DNA of 64,000 nucleotides from Phoronis australis (Eukaryota; Animalia; Phoronida). The stretch spans positions 310,001 to 374,000 of the forward strand of contig NMRA01000140.1 in the NCBI GenBank assembly GCA_002633005.1. The letters run 5' to 3'. Shown here piece by piece: positions 12,475 through 23,950 of the stretch. The notes beneath the pieces were generated by a model. It was not told the DNA's origin, searched no databases, and worked only from the letters and a program-made list of their open reading frames with translations. The position numbers and the translations under genes are program-made. Position 1 is the first letter of the stretch; each line of letters starts with the position of its first letter.

Positions 12475-12969
12475 CAGGCGTTTATGCAGCGTAGGTCCTG
12501 GGCGTCCAAATGGACGCCCTAGCACTAGTCTGGACGCCCTGGCAAGGACGCCCAATGTATCATTTGGACGCCCATTGTCAATAGGAACCTTTCAAGTTTG
12601 GACTCACACATTGTAATGAATACTAGAAAGCCTCTGAAGGCTCACAGTGGGGGCTCTTTTTTCAAAGCAGGAAGAAATATGCAATGTATATACAAAGTAT
12701 ATGCATTGTATATTGCTATTTTGACACTTGATTGACAGCATTGTAAAAGTCTTGGTCTACAGTTTTTTTTAGTAAAAATGCTCACCATAGAAGGCTGTTT
12801 TATAACCTTAGATGTAAAAACCTTGATCTATGCATTTTTTGTAAAAAAAATCTGTGTGTTTGAGGGTATTGCTGGGGGTGGGGGGTCACGCATCGGAATC
12901 ATGGACGCCCTGGAATATTGGGAACCCTATTTTGGACACCTTATTTTCAAAATCCTGGATAAAGGCCTG
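12475..12969. mobile_element. hAT-superfamily MITE with 8-bp TSD
   Basis: TIRs CAGGCGTTTATGCAG and rc CAGGCCTTTATCCAG; perfect TSD CCGTGGAG (12467-12474 and 12970-12977); many GGACGCCC subterminal repeats. Confidence 0.92.
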
Positions 12970-14496
12970 CCGTGGAGGCGCATGCAAAATCTGGGAGTCA
13001 ACTGACACCCACCTCCAAGTTGCAGTCGTTTTAGTGAAAAACAATCTAAACATAATTTTCTTGCATAATTCTCTACCTTTTATAACAAAGAAAAGTCTAC
13101 CATTGTTTTGAAAACAGTATGCTCATGACACACACGTGCCATTTCCAAATTTTTTGTGACACCACTCGCGGCAGCAAAATTTGCTCTGAATAACGCCAGT
13201 TATTCTATGGGAGTAACTGGTTCTCAAATCTATTCTAAACAGCGACCCACCTATACCAATATTACCAGAAACTAGCCAAAAGGTGACACTATATTTCATG
13301 GCACTGGAAGTCGAGGCATAAGATCACTCCACAACTTTAGCAGCAGAATAACAGTAGAACACCTATTTTTCCAACACCGGTAAATAATTTAGCTAAAGAT
13401 GCTACGTCTCATTAAAACTGTGAATATTTAAATTTGAAGCAAGCGCCACCTAGTGACTTCCTGAAGAACGGTGTGTACAAGTATAATCAGGAAGAGGAGC
13501 TTCACCGTCTCTACTTGTTCTAGTCAGCCAGCTAGCCGTATGAAGACTATCGTCAAAATACACCTAGGTACTATACCACAGTGTGCTGAGCTCCGTAAGA
13601 GCATGGAATTTTACACAGCCTGGGTAGTTCTGCTCGTCACCTCGTCGTGAAACTTATATCAACATGTAAAGCCAACGACCAACGGGGGTGCATGCAAAAT
13701 GTGAAAGTCAATTGACGCTCACCTTGCCCATTGAAGACCAGTTAAAAACAATCTAATACTGAACAGTGGCCAAATGATTTCTTGGTTTGGTGGTTCAACT
13801 GGTTTGCTTATCCTTTGGATTTTGCTGGATGTTTATTTATTCATTCATTTATTCACTGCATCCTTGTAGTAGAGTGAGTTTAGCCTTAGGCAGTGTTTTG
13901 GTTCTGTAATTGAATAACAATTCATTCACCATATACCTGTACAGTCTGTTCTCCACCTGTGTCACCTGACTGGAATATTGTGAACATTTGTCTTTCGTCT
14001 AAGAGAATGGTTAAGAGAATAAACCAAAACATCCATCAATATGTCATTATGTTAACATATGCGCTGATTTTAAAGTTCATATTTTGGACAAAAACAAATG
14101 TGATCACTAGAAACGCTTGTGTCGTATACACTTTAGAGCAACAAGTCTGAGGAATCTCCCAAGCGAGTACTTTTTCCATTAGGTGACTGCTCTCCCGCCT
14201 TGGGGTGAGTTGAGACTGTTTATGATTCGTCTCATGTGTTCTGGATGTGCTGGCATTCTGAACGCTATTTATTTTATGGCACTTCTGTACTTAACGCAGA
14301 TATGCATAAAATTCTCTGTTTCCAGGGGAAGTGTTCTTGTCGTTCGAACACAATTGGACTACTTAGCAGTGACTTTGTTTCGGGTAAGGGAGGATGTTTT
14401 TTTATTTGTTGAATGATGTTGATTCCAGGGTGGGCCCCACGCTTTTTTAAAATGTTGTAATCATCAACATCATCCGTCCTTAATATTTCTGTGATG

Positions 14497-17154
14497 CAGG
14501 GCTCAACATAACGAGCTACAGGTCACATTTGCGACCTGAAATTTGGAAATGCGAGCTAAGATTTTTGTCAGCTCATATCAAGACGCAAAATGCGACCTGG
14601 AATTTCCAACGAATGCGAGCTGAGTTTTTACACTTCTCAGCAGACACCTGGCAAATATAAAGCAACTCTTGTTAATCCAACCGTTATTTGGTTGTTGCCA
14701 AATCCAAGTTCAAACAAACACTAACCAAGAACAGCCCTCCCGATGACTTGTAAGCAAGTCGCGTAAACATGAGATATGAAGAATCGATCTTTGACACATT
14801 TCATTGGCTAAAATTTTCGGCCAATTTTACAAATTTCTGGATTAGCCGAAGAAAGTTTCTGCCACTGCATAACATGTGAAAAACCGTCACAAAAGAGCAG
14901 TGTTTCTACGAATTCTTAAGCGATCAACTTACCAAACATTTGGTGTCAACAAATACGTTAATTTTTCACGCAAGATGTCCTTATTACATGTACCAAATAT
15001 CCACGACAATATCCCTGATCGCACTGCGGCCCTGCCGGTCGGTCCCGTTGCTAGCGCGCAAGCGATACCATGACTTGATGGGCGTCTCGTTTTTATCACA
15101 TAAGACAGTAAAAGTGAAAATGGCAACCCCATTAATCGCCAATCGACAGTCACGTCTTTACTTTCAGTTGCCACGAAATTCTCAAGCTCCTTTACTTGTT
15201 TCTGATTTGTCTTTCACATGTTGTTGCCAACATAAAGTGTAGGCCTACAACAGCGATTCAAGTGCGTGAACTCACGCGTGCGTACCACTTCAAAGCTGCA
15301 CATCAAAAGAGAACAGCGACAGTCCTAAATGAAAGAGTATACCGGCTTGTCTCTGTTAAGTACCCAGTGGTTTTTTGAAAATGAACTCATAGATTCCCGG
15401 CCGTTATAAAAGACCTGATGCTTTACGATATTCCCCGGGACCGAAATATTTCATGTTCCGATGTTTCCCGAGGTCGATGTTCCCTAAACCCTACATTCTA
15501 TGCCCGTAGCCAGCTGTTTCAACTAAATGGGTACTAGATGCAAAATTGTGGTTAGCGAACTTTTTATTCTTCTCTTCAAAGACCCACCCCACGGCAACTT
15601 TTCATTCCCCAGACCACCGTCGCCGTAAAATGTTCAGACTCCAACAGAAACAATCTTGTTCCGGCTAAAACGGGCAATTACAAACAATATTATTCCAGGT
15701 GGCTAAATAGGGTACAGTGTAGGTGGTAACGATTTCCAGAAAGTCACCCCTACTAGATGGAGTTTGCCTCGCAACATCGTATTATTATAGCGTTTTTTAC
15801 CATTGCAGTCTTTTAATATCTTATCATCGCAAACACTCGATCAGGTAAACGACTAATGCTCACAGACAAGTCCACTTCCTACCTTTGAAGTGTTTCATAA
15901 GCGCTCACTGATCTACTAAGCGTTCCCCCTCAACTTTTGAGAATTTCCAATTAAGCGCCCACGGTTCAAGCTAGCGCCCATCATAGCGCACTACAAACGA
16001 CCGCGCGTGGTTTAAAATTAACATGCAGCCTACACGGTGTGTCACTCTCATTTTACCAGGGAGGGGCTCAGGCCCAATTTGGCGAATTGGGCAAAAAATA
16101 CCTGCCCCAGTGAAATAATAAGTAAACGAGACAAAAGTCCACAAAGTCCACAGCGGATGCACGATTGGTTGGCCTGAACCAAGTGGCCCCGTTTTTTTAG
16201 TCCTCATTGATTTTTTTCAGTAAAAGGTCCGCACATCGAAGAATTCGAGCCCCATATACATGTACTTTAGGCTGGGTGCGTGCATGTTTACACAACACAT
16301 TCAGTTTACAAAAACCGTCTTTTCTCAATATTATGTAAAACCAAATCCCGGCTTTGTTTTATGCCTCCGAAAGAAAGTTATCACTACTGACATGCGTGTC
16401 GTTTTGTGACTCACCTATTTTTCCTGTACTTGGAAGGTATTGAGGAGCAAACTCACCAAACCCGATGGAAACCCGCGCGGAGGGAGTCGGGAATTATTTC
16501 AAGGCTATTGATTTCATGGAAAACTAATTATTGAGTACGTAAACAGCACAAGTACCACATTTTTGTTGTGAAAGTTGTACCGAACTGTTCCCGCGCATCC
16601 AAATAGGTCATTCGGTTAGTGCATCGTTTCACGGATTTTTTTCGACATGTTGTTTTTCAAACGTCAAGTTAAGTGGCAAAATTTGGGCTGCGAACAAAAA
16701 GTGGAGAGAATTTGCACTCCCGAGTGAGTTTGGTTGTTTAATGACTTTGATGAAAGCCAGTAGCAGATAAGACCTAGCAAAATACTTTTTCAACGGGTAT
16801 TTTCTCCCTTTTCACATAGAAAATTTTGCTACACTTAGAGAGCACTGATTCAACTTCCCCATCGGCAACTTGCCTTGCGCTCTAGAGCCTTTCAATGGCG
16901 ATCATGTAACGCCGTACGTGCATGAACGAACTCAATTTTGCAATCTGAAATTTGTGAGTATTTAACACTGCAGGTACTAGAGAATAATCTAAATATTTTG
17001 TCGATGATCTAAAAAATCAATTTTGGCGGGGAAAAATGGCGGGAAAATTTCGCGACCTGGCATCACCAATGGGTGCTGGATTTTGAAAATGCGACCTGGG
17101 ATTTTGACTAAATCGCAAAATGCGACCTGGCAATTTTAATAGCGTCAAGCCCTG
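14497..17154. mobile_element. 2.66-kb non-autonomous hAT-like element with 5-bp TSD (hAT5-like)
   Basis: Termini CAGGGCTCAAC / GTCAAGCCCTG; TSD TGATG (14492-14496, 17155-17159); clustered TGCGACCTG/TGCGAGCT repeats at both ends; no intact transposase ORF. Confidence 0.8.
16055..16286 (+). mobile_element. Truncated copy of the MITE family at 61392-61662, nested in the 14497-17154 element
   Basis: Collinear similarity from CCCAATTTGGC.AATTGGGCAAAA through TTTAGGCTGGGT.C.T.CATG. Confidence 0.8.
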
Positions 17155-17675
17155 TGATGCCATGTGATTTGTAAATTTTATCGTTCCCCGGATGTTTGTT
17201 TGATTTATACTGCTGTTGGGAGGCTGCTGGCAGTCTTTCAGTGTGCAATCAGGCTGTCAGGTACGAATACCGCGATTGCGTTTTATTCAAACTGTGGTAG
17301 CTGTGTTTAAACTGGTGAGTACTTCTAGGAGCCTAAAGCTAGTGAACTAGAGTAGTAATACAACAGAGGACAAAAGAAAATGACCATTAGGTGAAACAAT
17401 ATTTCATGGTGCTGAAAGCTGGCGCAAAAGACCACACCAAAACTTTAGCAGCAGAATAAATAGTTTAATTTGAAAGGAGTGTACTGTGTAGTTATCAATG
17501 ACACTAATTTTGAGTCAGATTTTATTTAGGTCATTTTTTACCCACAACGCTGCAAAGCTCTGTATTTATTAGTACAGCTTTGCACCAACACTGCAATTCT
17601 GCATTACTACCACAGGCACAGCACGCAGTAGCAGTCTAGCACTGGCACTGCCACTGGGCCCAGCTAGAGCATTAG

Positions 17676-18192
17676 TAGGGTGAGCAAACCAATATGGCGG
17701 AAATTCAGCAAGAGCGAAATTTTGCCATTTTTCATGATTTTCACAAGCTCATATCTATTAGCATACTAAGTGGTGGAAAATGAAAAGTATGTCAGTGAAA
17801 TATTTAATTTTTCTTCTTTCTATTGATATCCATTACAAAAAATTTGGACATTAATGAGTATTTTTAAAAAATGAAGTAAAGCGAGCACTTCACAAATTTT
17901 TCACTCACCGGCAAATTCTTGTGACTTTCAGTAGGGGTCAGACTTTCAGCTGTTAAATGGCCGTTACTTAACCGATTTTAATGATATTTATGTCAAATTG
18001 TTTGCTACAAAATTCTGCTTTCAACCCTGAGTGTACACTTTTTATATTTTTGACAAAAATATGAGAAAATGTACTTTTTTAAATTTACTNTGAAAAATTC
18101 AAAAAGTTTTATAAACGGCATGTCTAAAGCTATCATTTAACACTCTTCTCAAGTGTTTCTGATGAAATTTGTATTTGGGTTTGCTCACCCTA
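17676..18192. mobile_element. hAT-like MITE with 7-bp TSD (hATw-like)
   Basis: Perfect 15-bp TIR TAGGGTGAGCAAACC; TSD GCATTAG at 17669-17675 and 18193-18199. Confidence 0.85.
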
Positions 18193-18271
18193 GCATTAGA
18201 GACAGAGTAGAGTAGAGGTGGTCACTGTCTAACGTCTTTACTGATTTGTTCGTAACCAAGACAAAACTCAC

Positions 18272-18387
18272 GGTGGATGATATACTTCGTCGCATGTTCG
18301 TAGAATTCCTCTCTTGCATATCACATTTGTATTGGCTATTCTGCATGCAGTGAGTAAAAAACACGGTGCCCGTCTCAGCACAATCAT
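18272..18387 (-). CDS. NDUFB2: NDUFB2 coding exon 1 (mitochondrial targeting peptide)
   Basis: ATG-MIVLRRAPCFLLTACRIANTNVICKRGILRTCDEVYHP(P)|gtgagt; Arg-rich, acid-poor presequence; phase 2 joins exon 2; total 104 aa, typical of NDUFB2. Confidence 0.88.
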
Positions 18388-18730
18388 TTCGCTCACCCAA
18401 AATAACAAAAATGGCCGCTTGCTTATATCTCGAAATTTCTCGAAGTGCTGGATTAAAAATCGTAAAAGACACACAAATATATTTAATTCCATACGAACAA
18501 TCACTTATATTCTTTTTAAGTACAAAATTTCCTGTTTAACATGGAAATATGTTAAAAATAAAAATAAAATATATATTTACTGACCGACACAAGAGGGCAC
18601 TTCCATCCCTAGCGACGTCCTTTTGATTAGAGTTGTTTATCGGGTGTAAAATCTATTCAAGGCTCAGATTTTATTGTTAAAACCCTGTTCTTACTCTTTA
18701 CTAGCCAATCCAGTCAATGTGGTAAGTACA
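18388..18730. promoter_or_regulatory. Putative bidirectional promoter between NDUFB2 and the VWA/DUF4537 gene
   Basis: YY1-like AAAATGGCCG (18408-18417) just upstream of the NDUFB2 ATG; X-box-like CATCCCTAGCGAC (18604-18616); CCAAT at ~18705; plus-strand donor G|GTAAGT at 18721/18722 suggests a non-coding first exon. Confidence 0.55.
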
Positions 18731-19421
18731 ATACACCATTTTCACAATGTCTGAGATCCATTTTAATCAAGTTTTATGGTTCCGCGTCAATTTTTAAACT
18801 TCTTCTGACTTGAGGAGTGTTTCACTGTTTTAATTCATGATTAAGCAAGACGGTCAGGCATGGTTGTTTGGACGTAAGTTGTGTGCGTTTCTTTCAAATT
18901 AAAATCTTTTTGCTTCTAATTAGAAAAGGTACTATAGGCATAGGCTTTTTTCCTATCTTAGTTAATACTTAAGGGGTGTTTTAATTTATTTGTCTTAATT
19001 ACCTCGGTAGAGTGCTACAAGTCAAAAGCTACCTGCTCAATTCCATAATCTTTTTGATACCTGTTTCAAAGCGCGGAGGGGACATTATTGGTCTTACAGG
19101 TGAAAACCGAATTTTTGGAATTATTTGTTGACGTGGTTTGGTAATATTCCTATTCTGGGATTCTCATTTGATGGTAAAAGTAATTATCTTGTACATCATG
19201 TGGCTAATTTGGGATTTACTTGCAAATTTGTATGTGCTCATAGTCATAGAAAATACCGATTAATACATATATATAAGTATACATTTTACTGTCATTGATA
19301 CTTACCAGTACTTTGTGTTAATTATCAAACATTAACAAATTTAAGAATATTATTTTTGTCTCTTTCCAGTTGATCACTATTTCTCGATCTGTTCAGGGTT
19401 CCCGCTTTGGATCAATTGAAG

Positions 19422-20450
19422 ATGGCTGACCCGATGTCAGTCAAGGGTATACCGACCATGTTTGGAGAAATCTCGGAGAGGAATGTTTGTTTCCTAATTG
19501 ATACCTCTGGCAGCATGTACACTAGTATTGAGGTTGTGAAGGAACACCTAGTGGAAGCTTTGTTGAAGCACGCGTGTACACATAAGGATGCCATGTTTAA
19601 TATTGTTGAGTTCAATTCTGAGGTTTCTCAGTGGGCTGACAAGATGGTCAGTTGTACGGCAGACACTGTAAAAATTGCTGCTGACTGGATACAGAAGCTG
19701 CATGCTAAAACAGGGACTAACACGCAGGATGCGTTGTTAACAGCGTTCTGTGATCCGGGCTGTGAAGCTGTTTACTTGGTGACCGATGGACTACCTGATC
19801 AAAATCCTGAGGATATTTTGGACCATGTTGCCTATGCCAGTCAAAATAGACCTGTTCACTGTATATACTTAACTGGCACTAATTCAGAAACTCGGGCAAC
19901 AGAGTTCTTACGTGACTTAGCTCACGAGACTTACGGCTCATTCCACATTGTGACGATAACAAACCACGGATGTGTTGATCGCGTCACTCCCGTTTACAGG
20001 TCTGATCACACAGCGAAGCGCATTCTCCGTACAACACAGGGTGCCATCATTCCAAACGAGAAGAACTGTTCTGTCACTACCACGTTACTGGCTGACCCTC
20101 TTGACACCGTAGAGATCGCACCTGAGCTTATGGCTCCCAGGGTGTACCTGAAGGACGGGGTACCTATATACCACCCCGCGTACCCATATCTGGATCCCTA
20201 CTTATACCCTTATCACGGTGTGTGGCCCCACTATCCCTATCACTATTGGCCTCACCTACGAAGTGCACCCTACTACAACTGGGCACGTTACAGACCTGCT
20301 AAAGCTTGGCTTCAAGAACAGAAGAAGATCATTGACACATCGAACAACATTGCCTTTTCACCAGCTGCTGGGTCTCTCCTAGTTGACAAACAAGTTTTAG
20401 CTCGCCGGGCTGATGACGGCTTCTACTACACTGGCAGAGTGCAGAGTCAG
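19422..20450 (+). CDS. VWA + DUF4537-like coiled-coil protein (VWA3B/C11orf16-like), coding exon 1
   Basis: Acceptor tttccag ending 19369, ATG at 19422. VWA motifs VCFLIDTSGSM (MIDAS DxSxS), FNIVEF, GTNTQDAL, AVYLVTDGLPD; then VLARRADDGFYYTGRV; donor CAG|gttggt, phase 0. Confidence 0.9.
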
Positions 20451-20937
20451 GTTGGTTATTGATAAAGTCTTATTGACATAATATTGGTGATCTTTGGCTG
20501 TTGGTTCACTACCTTTTTTATTTTTTAGTTCATTTTAAATCATAACGCAAAATGTCAGTAATGTCATCACGACGATCTGACATCACATAGCTGACATATT
20601 TGCTTCTATTTGAATTGCCCAACCATTCTTGCTGTGTGTGCAATTATTGCATTGTACGTATGTGTGGCTGGTGGTGGACCTAAGTTTAGAGACTTATTTA
20701 CATGTGTTGATCTGAATTTCCAAATTTTTTATGTGTCCTGGAATTTTAACTGTATGTGTGTTGAGGGTCAAGGACAGAATAATGGGTTGTGAGTATTATA
20801 TTACATGGAGCCATCATGCATTCTCTTAAGATCCATTCAATTGTATGGTAAATATAGCCTTGATAATTTTTTACCCTTCCCAGTCACAAAAAGGGCACTG
20901 AATTATGCGAAGCATAATTTTCCTTTACTCGTTTCAG

Positions 20938-21160
20938 CTGAGTACGGATAAATTTCTAGTCGAACTCGGTCCCACAAAGCATGGTAAATATACAGACTCT
21001 GCTTATCAAGAAACATTTGTCTATGACATCATCTCTAAGAGCGATGCCATGCGTCATGCTATAGTGGCGGGTGACAAGGTATTGGCACCCTGGGAACCGG
21101 AGGGGGAGAGGTATTGCCCAGGTGTGGTCCTGGAGGGGTCAGAGAAACGAGCCGCAGAAG
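20938..21160 (+). CDS. VWA/DUF4537-like gene coding exon 2
   Basis: tttcag|LSTDKFLVE...GDKVLAPWEPEGERYCPGVVLEG...AAE|gtaagt (DUF4537/Tudor-like repeat); phase 0 in, phase 1 out. Confidence 0.9.
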
Positions 21161-22217
21161 GTAAGTATAAGACATGGAACACAGTCTGATGGCTTGCATA
21201 CAATTTGACCGCATTTGGGATTGGTCTTGAGTTTACAGTTGTTAAATTTTATCCAAACTTATTTATTTAGGATGTTTGGAGGTGAACACAAGTTCCATGT
21301 TATAAATCATATCATATTGATGTTCACTGAAACATTTTTATTACCTGAACGTTATTGCTTACGCCGCGTCCATTTAATTTTTATATTTTTTTAAGCTTAT
21401 TGCGAAGCAGAGCTATGTGTTGGATGATATCAGCGTGCCTGTCAATTTGTTTTAATTGATGTGTAAGCTAGATTGTCTGTGTACAATTGAAACTTATAAA
21501 GATTAACCTTTTTGTAGGAGGTGGTGAGGACCGTGAACTGTCTGTCTCCTTTGTCATTGGCAAAAGTGCTAAAGTTCCTTTCAATACAGCAGTATGGCTT
21601 CCTTTGGAACTATATGAAAGACTTAGCTTAGAGTTAAAAATGCCTAAAGGTGNCCTGGGAACCTGAGGGGGAGAGGTATTGCCCAGGTGTGGTTCTGGAG
21701 GGGTCAGAGAAACGAGCCGCAGAAGGTAAGTATAAGACATGAAACACAGTCTGATGGCTTGCATACAATTTGACCGCATTTGGGATTGGTCTTGAGTTTA
21801 CAGTTGTTAAATTTTATCCAAACTTATTTATTTAGGATGTTTGGAGGTGAACACAAGTTTCATGTTATAAATCATATCATATTGATGTTCACTGAAACAC
21901 TTTTATTACCTGAACGTTATTGCTTACGCCGCGTCCATTTAATTTTTATATTTTTTTAAGCTTATTGCGAAGCAGAGCTATGTGTTGGATGATATCAGCG
22001 TGCCTGTCAATTTGTTTTAATTGATGTTTAAGCTAGATTGTCTGTGTACAAATGAAACTTATAAAGATTAACCTTTTTGTAGGAGGTGGTGAGGACCATG
22101 AACTGTCCGTCTCCTTTGTCATTGGCAAAAGTGCTAAAGTTCCTTTCAATACAGCAGTATGGCTTCCTTTGGAACTATATGAAAGACTCAGCTTAGAGTT
22201 AAAAATGCCTAAAGGTG
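21089..22217. repeat. Tandem near-identical duplication (21089-21652 / 21654-22217) at single n 21653; probable haplotype artefact
   Basis: The exon 2 end, intron and exon 3 start are repeated with a few SNPs; the junction is an n. Confidence 0.9.
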
Positions 22218-22928
22218 CGAGAAAGACTTTGGAATCGTTGGAGAGCTACCCAGAAAGATCTCTTCCCGGTTACCCAGCCACTGAGACCAAAAGATCGCCA
22301 GAGGCATACGAAGGCCCACAACCAGTCACCATCGGTCCATCAACCCTCGTCTACGACCATGGCCAATACTACCACCCAGACTACATACCCATCACTCCCG
22401 TCATGTTTAAACACCAGAAGAAGAAGAGCGCTGTCACTGCTGCTGAGTTGGATAAGTTAGTGCCAGGCACACACATGACTGAGAATGAGCTGAATGAGAA
22501 GGTTATGTCTCAACTGATGGAGCACAAGATGAGGTTAGAAGGGAAGAAGGACCGATTGGAGAATGATATAAGAATTTTGAAGCGGGAGAAAATGAAAAAG
22601 GAGAACTCGTTGCGGAAATCTGTCGAGTTTGATTTGAGTAGGGACGAAGTGGGATATGAGAGAGATCTAGATTTTTACGATTTGGAAACTCAGGATTCGG
22701 GAATGGGACTGTCGCTGACTGACACGGAGGATGTCTCGACTCAGACTCGGAGCACAGATATCTCATTAGGCGAGAAGAAGAGAAAGAAGGTAAAGAAAGA
22801 GCCGTGGAGATATTGGAGAAGTGATCCTAGCCCGTCTCTGTTGAAGGAGACTATGCATGAGCCGTATAAGGAGACTGCTGTCGAAGCTCCCCTAGAGAAC
22901 AGAGACATTACTGTTGGACCTTACGGGG
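22083..22928 (+). CDS. VWA/DUF4537-like gene coding exon 3
   Basis: ttgtag|(G)GGEDHELSVSF...AVWLPLELYERLSLEL...VGPYG|gtgtgt; phase 1 in, phase 1 out; open 846 nt. Confidence 0.85.
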
Positions 22929-23881
22929 GTGTGTACGCCATATTTGTTTAATGTTTACAATGTGTACTTGGCATTTGTTGGTAATAAGGTTTATTCAGTT
23001 GCACTTACGGTAGTTTTTCCAAGTTCTGAATTGAATTAATTTGTTTTGCGTGTTTTTACGCAAATATCTTTCTCTCCCGGCTTTTAATATTTTTTTAACA
23101 TTGTTGTATTTTGGTTTCTGGTGTGTGAAGGAATTTTGAAAGTCTGTTGTTAATAGTTCGACATGCATATACATTAAGGTAATCTCACTGAAGCCATTTC
23201 GTGTATGTTCAACAGTTCAGTGGAGCAATTCAGCCTTTGGGTATGTTGACCACATGGCCCGTAGTAAATACGACCGAGAAGTGCTTGAGAAGATGATTCA
23301 TGAGCCACGCCCACCAACCGTAAACAAACAAGCNTAAAGAAAGAGCCGTGGAGATATTGGAGAAGTGATCCTAGCCCGTCTCTGTTGAAGGAGCCTATGC
23401 ACGAGCCGTATAAGGAGACTGCTGTCGAAGCTCCCCTAGAGAACAGAGACATTACTGTTGGACCTTACGGGGGTGTGTATGCCATATTTGTTTAATGTTT
23501 ACAATGTGTACTTGGCATTTGTTGGTAATAAGGTTTATTCAGTTGCACTTACGGTAGTTTTTCCAAGTTCTGAATTGAATTAATTTGTTTTGCGTGTTTT
23601 TAATATGCTAATATCTTTCTCTTGCGGTTTTTAATAATTTTTTTAACATTGTTGTATTTTGGTTTCTGGTGTGTGAAGGAATTTTGAAAGTCTGTTCTTA
23701 ATAGTTCGACACGCATATACATTAAGGTAATCTCACTGAAGCCATTTCGTGTATGTTCAACAGTTCAGTGGAGCAATTCAGCCTTTGGGTATGTTGACCA
23801 CATGGCCCGTAGTAAATACGACCGAGAAGTGCTTGAGAAGATGATTCATGAGCCACGCCCACCAACCGTAAACAAACAAGC
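22791..23881. repeat. Tandem near-identical duplication (22791-23333 / 23335-23881) at single n 23334; probable haplotype artefact
   Basis: The exon 3 end, intron and exon 4 start are repeated with a few SNPs and indels; the junction is an n. Confidence 0.9.
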
Positions 23882-23950
23882 GACTACCAAGTCATTGGCA
23901 GACGGCAGCATGACCAGAGAAGAAAAGGAGGATGCTCGTAGAGAATTCAG
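23764..23950 (+). CDS. VWA/DUF4537-like gene coding exon 4
   Basis: caacag|(V)QWSNSAFGYVDHMARSKYDRE...EEKEDARREF(R)|gtgagc; phase 1 in, phase 2 out, fits both neighbours. Confidence 0.85.

Noticed and set aside
18090-18090. Single n (also 52132) as a duplication junction
   Set aside because: No flanking duplication seen, unlike n374, n21653 and n23334.
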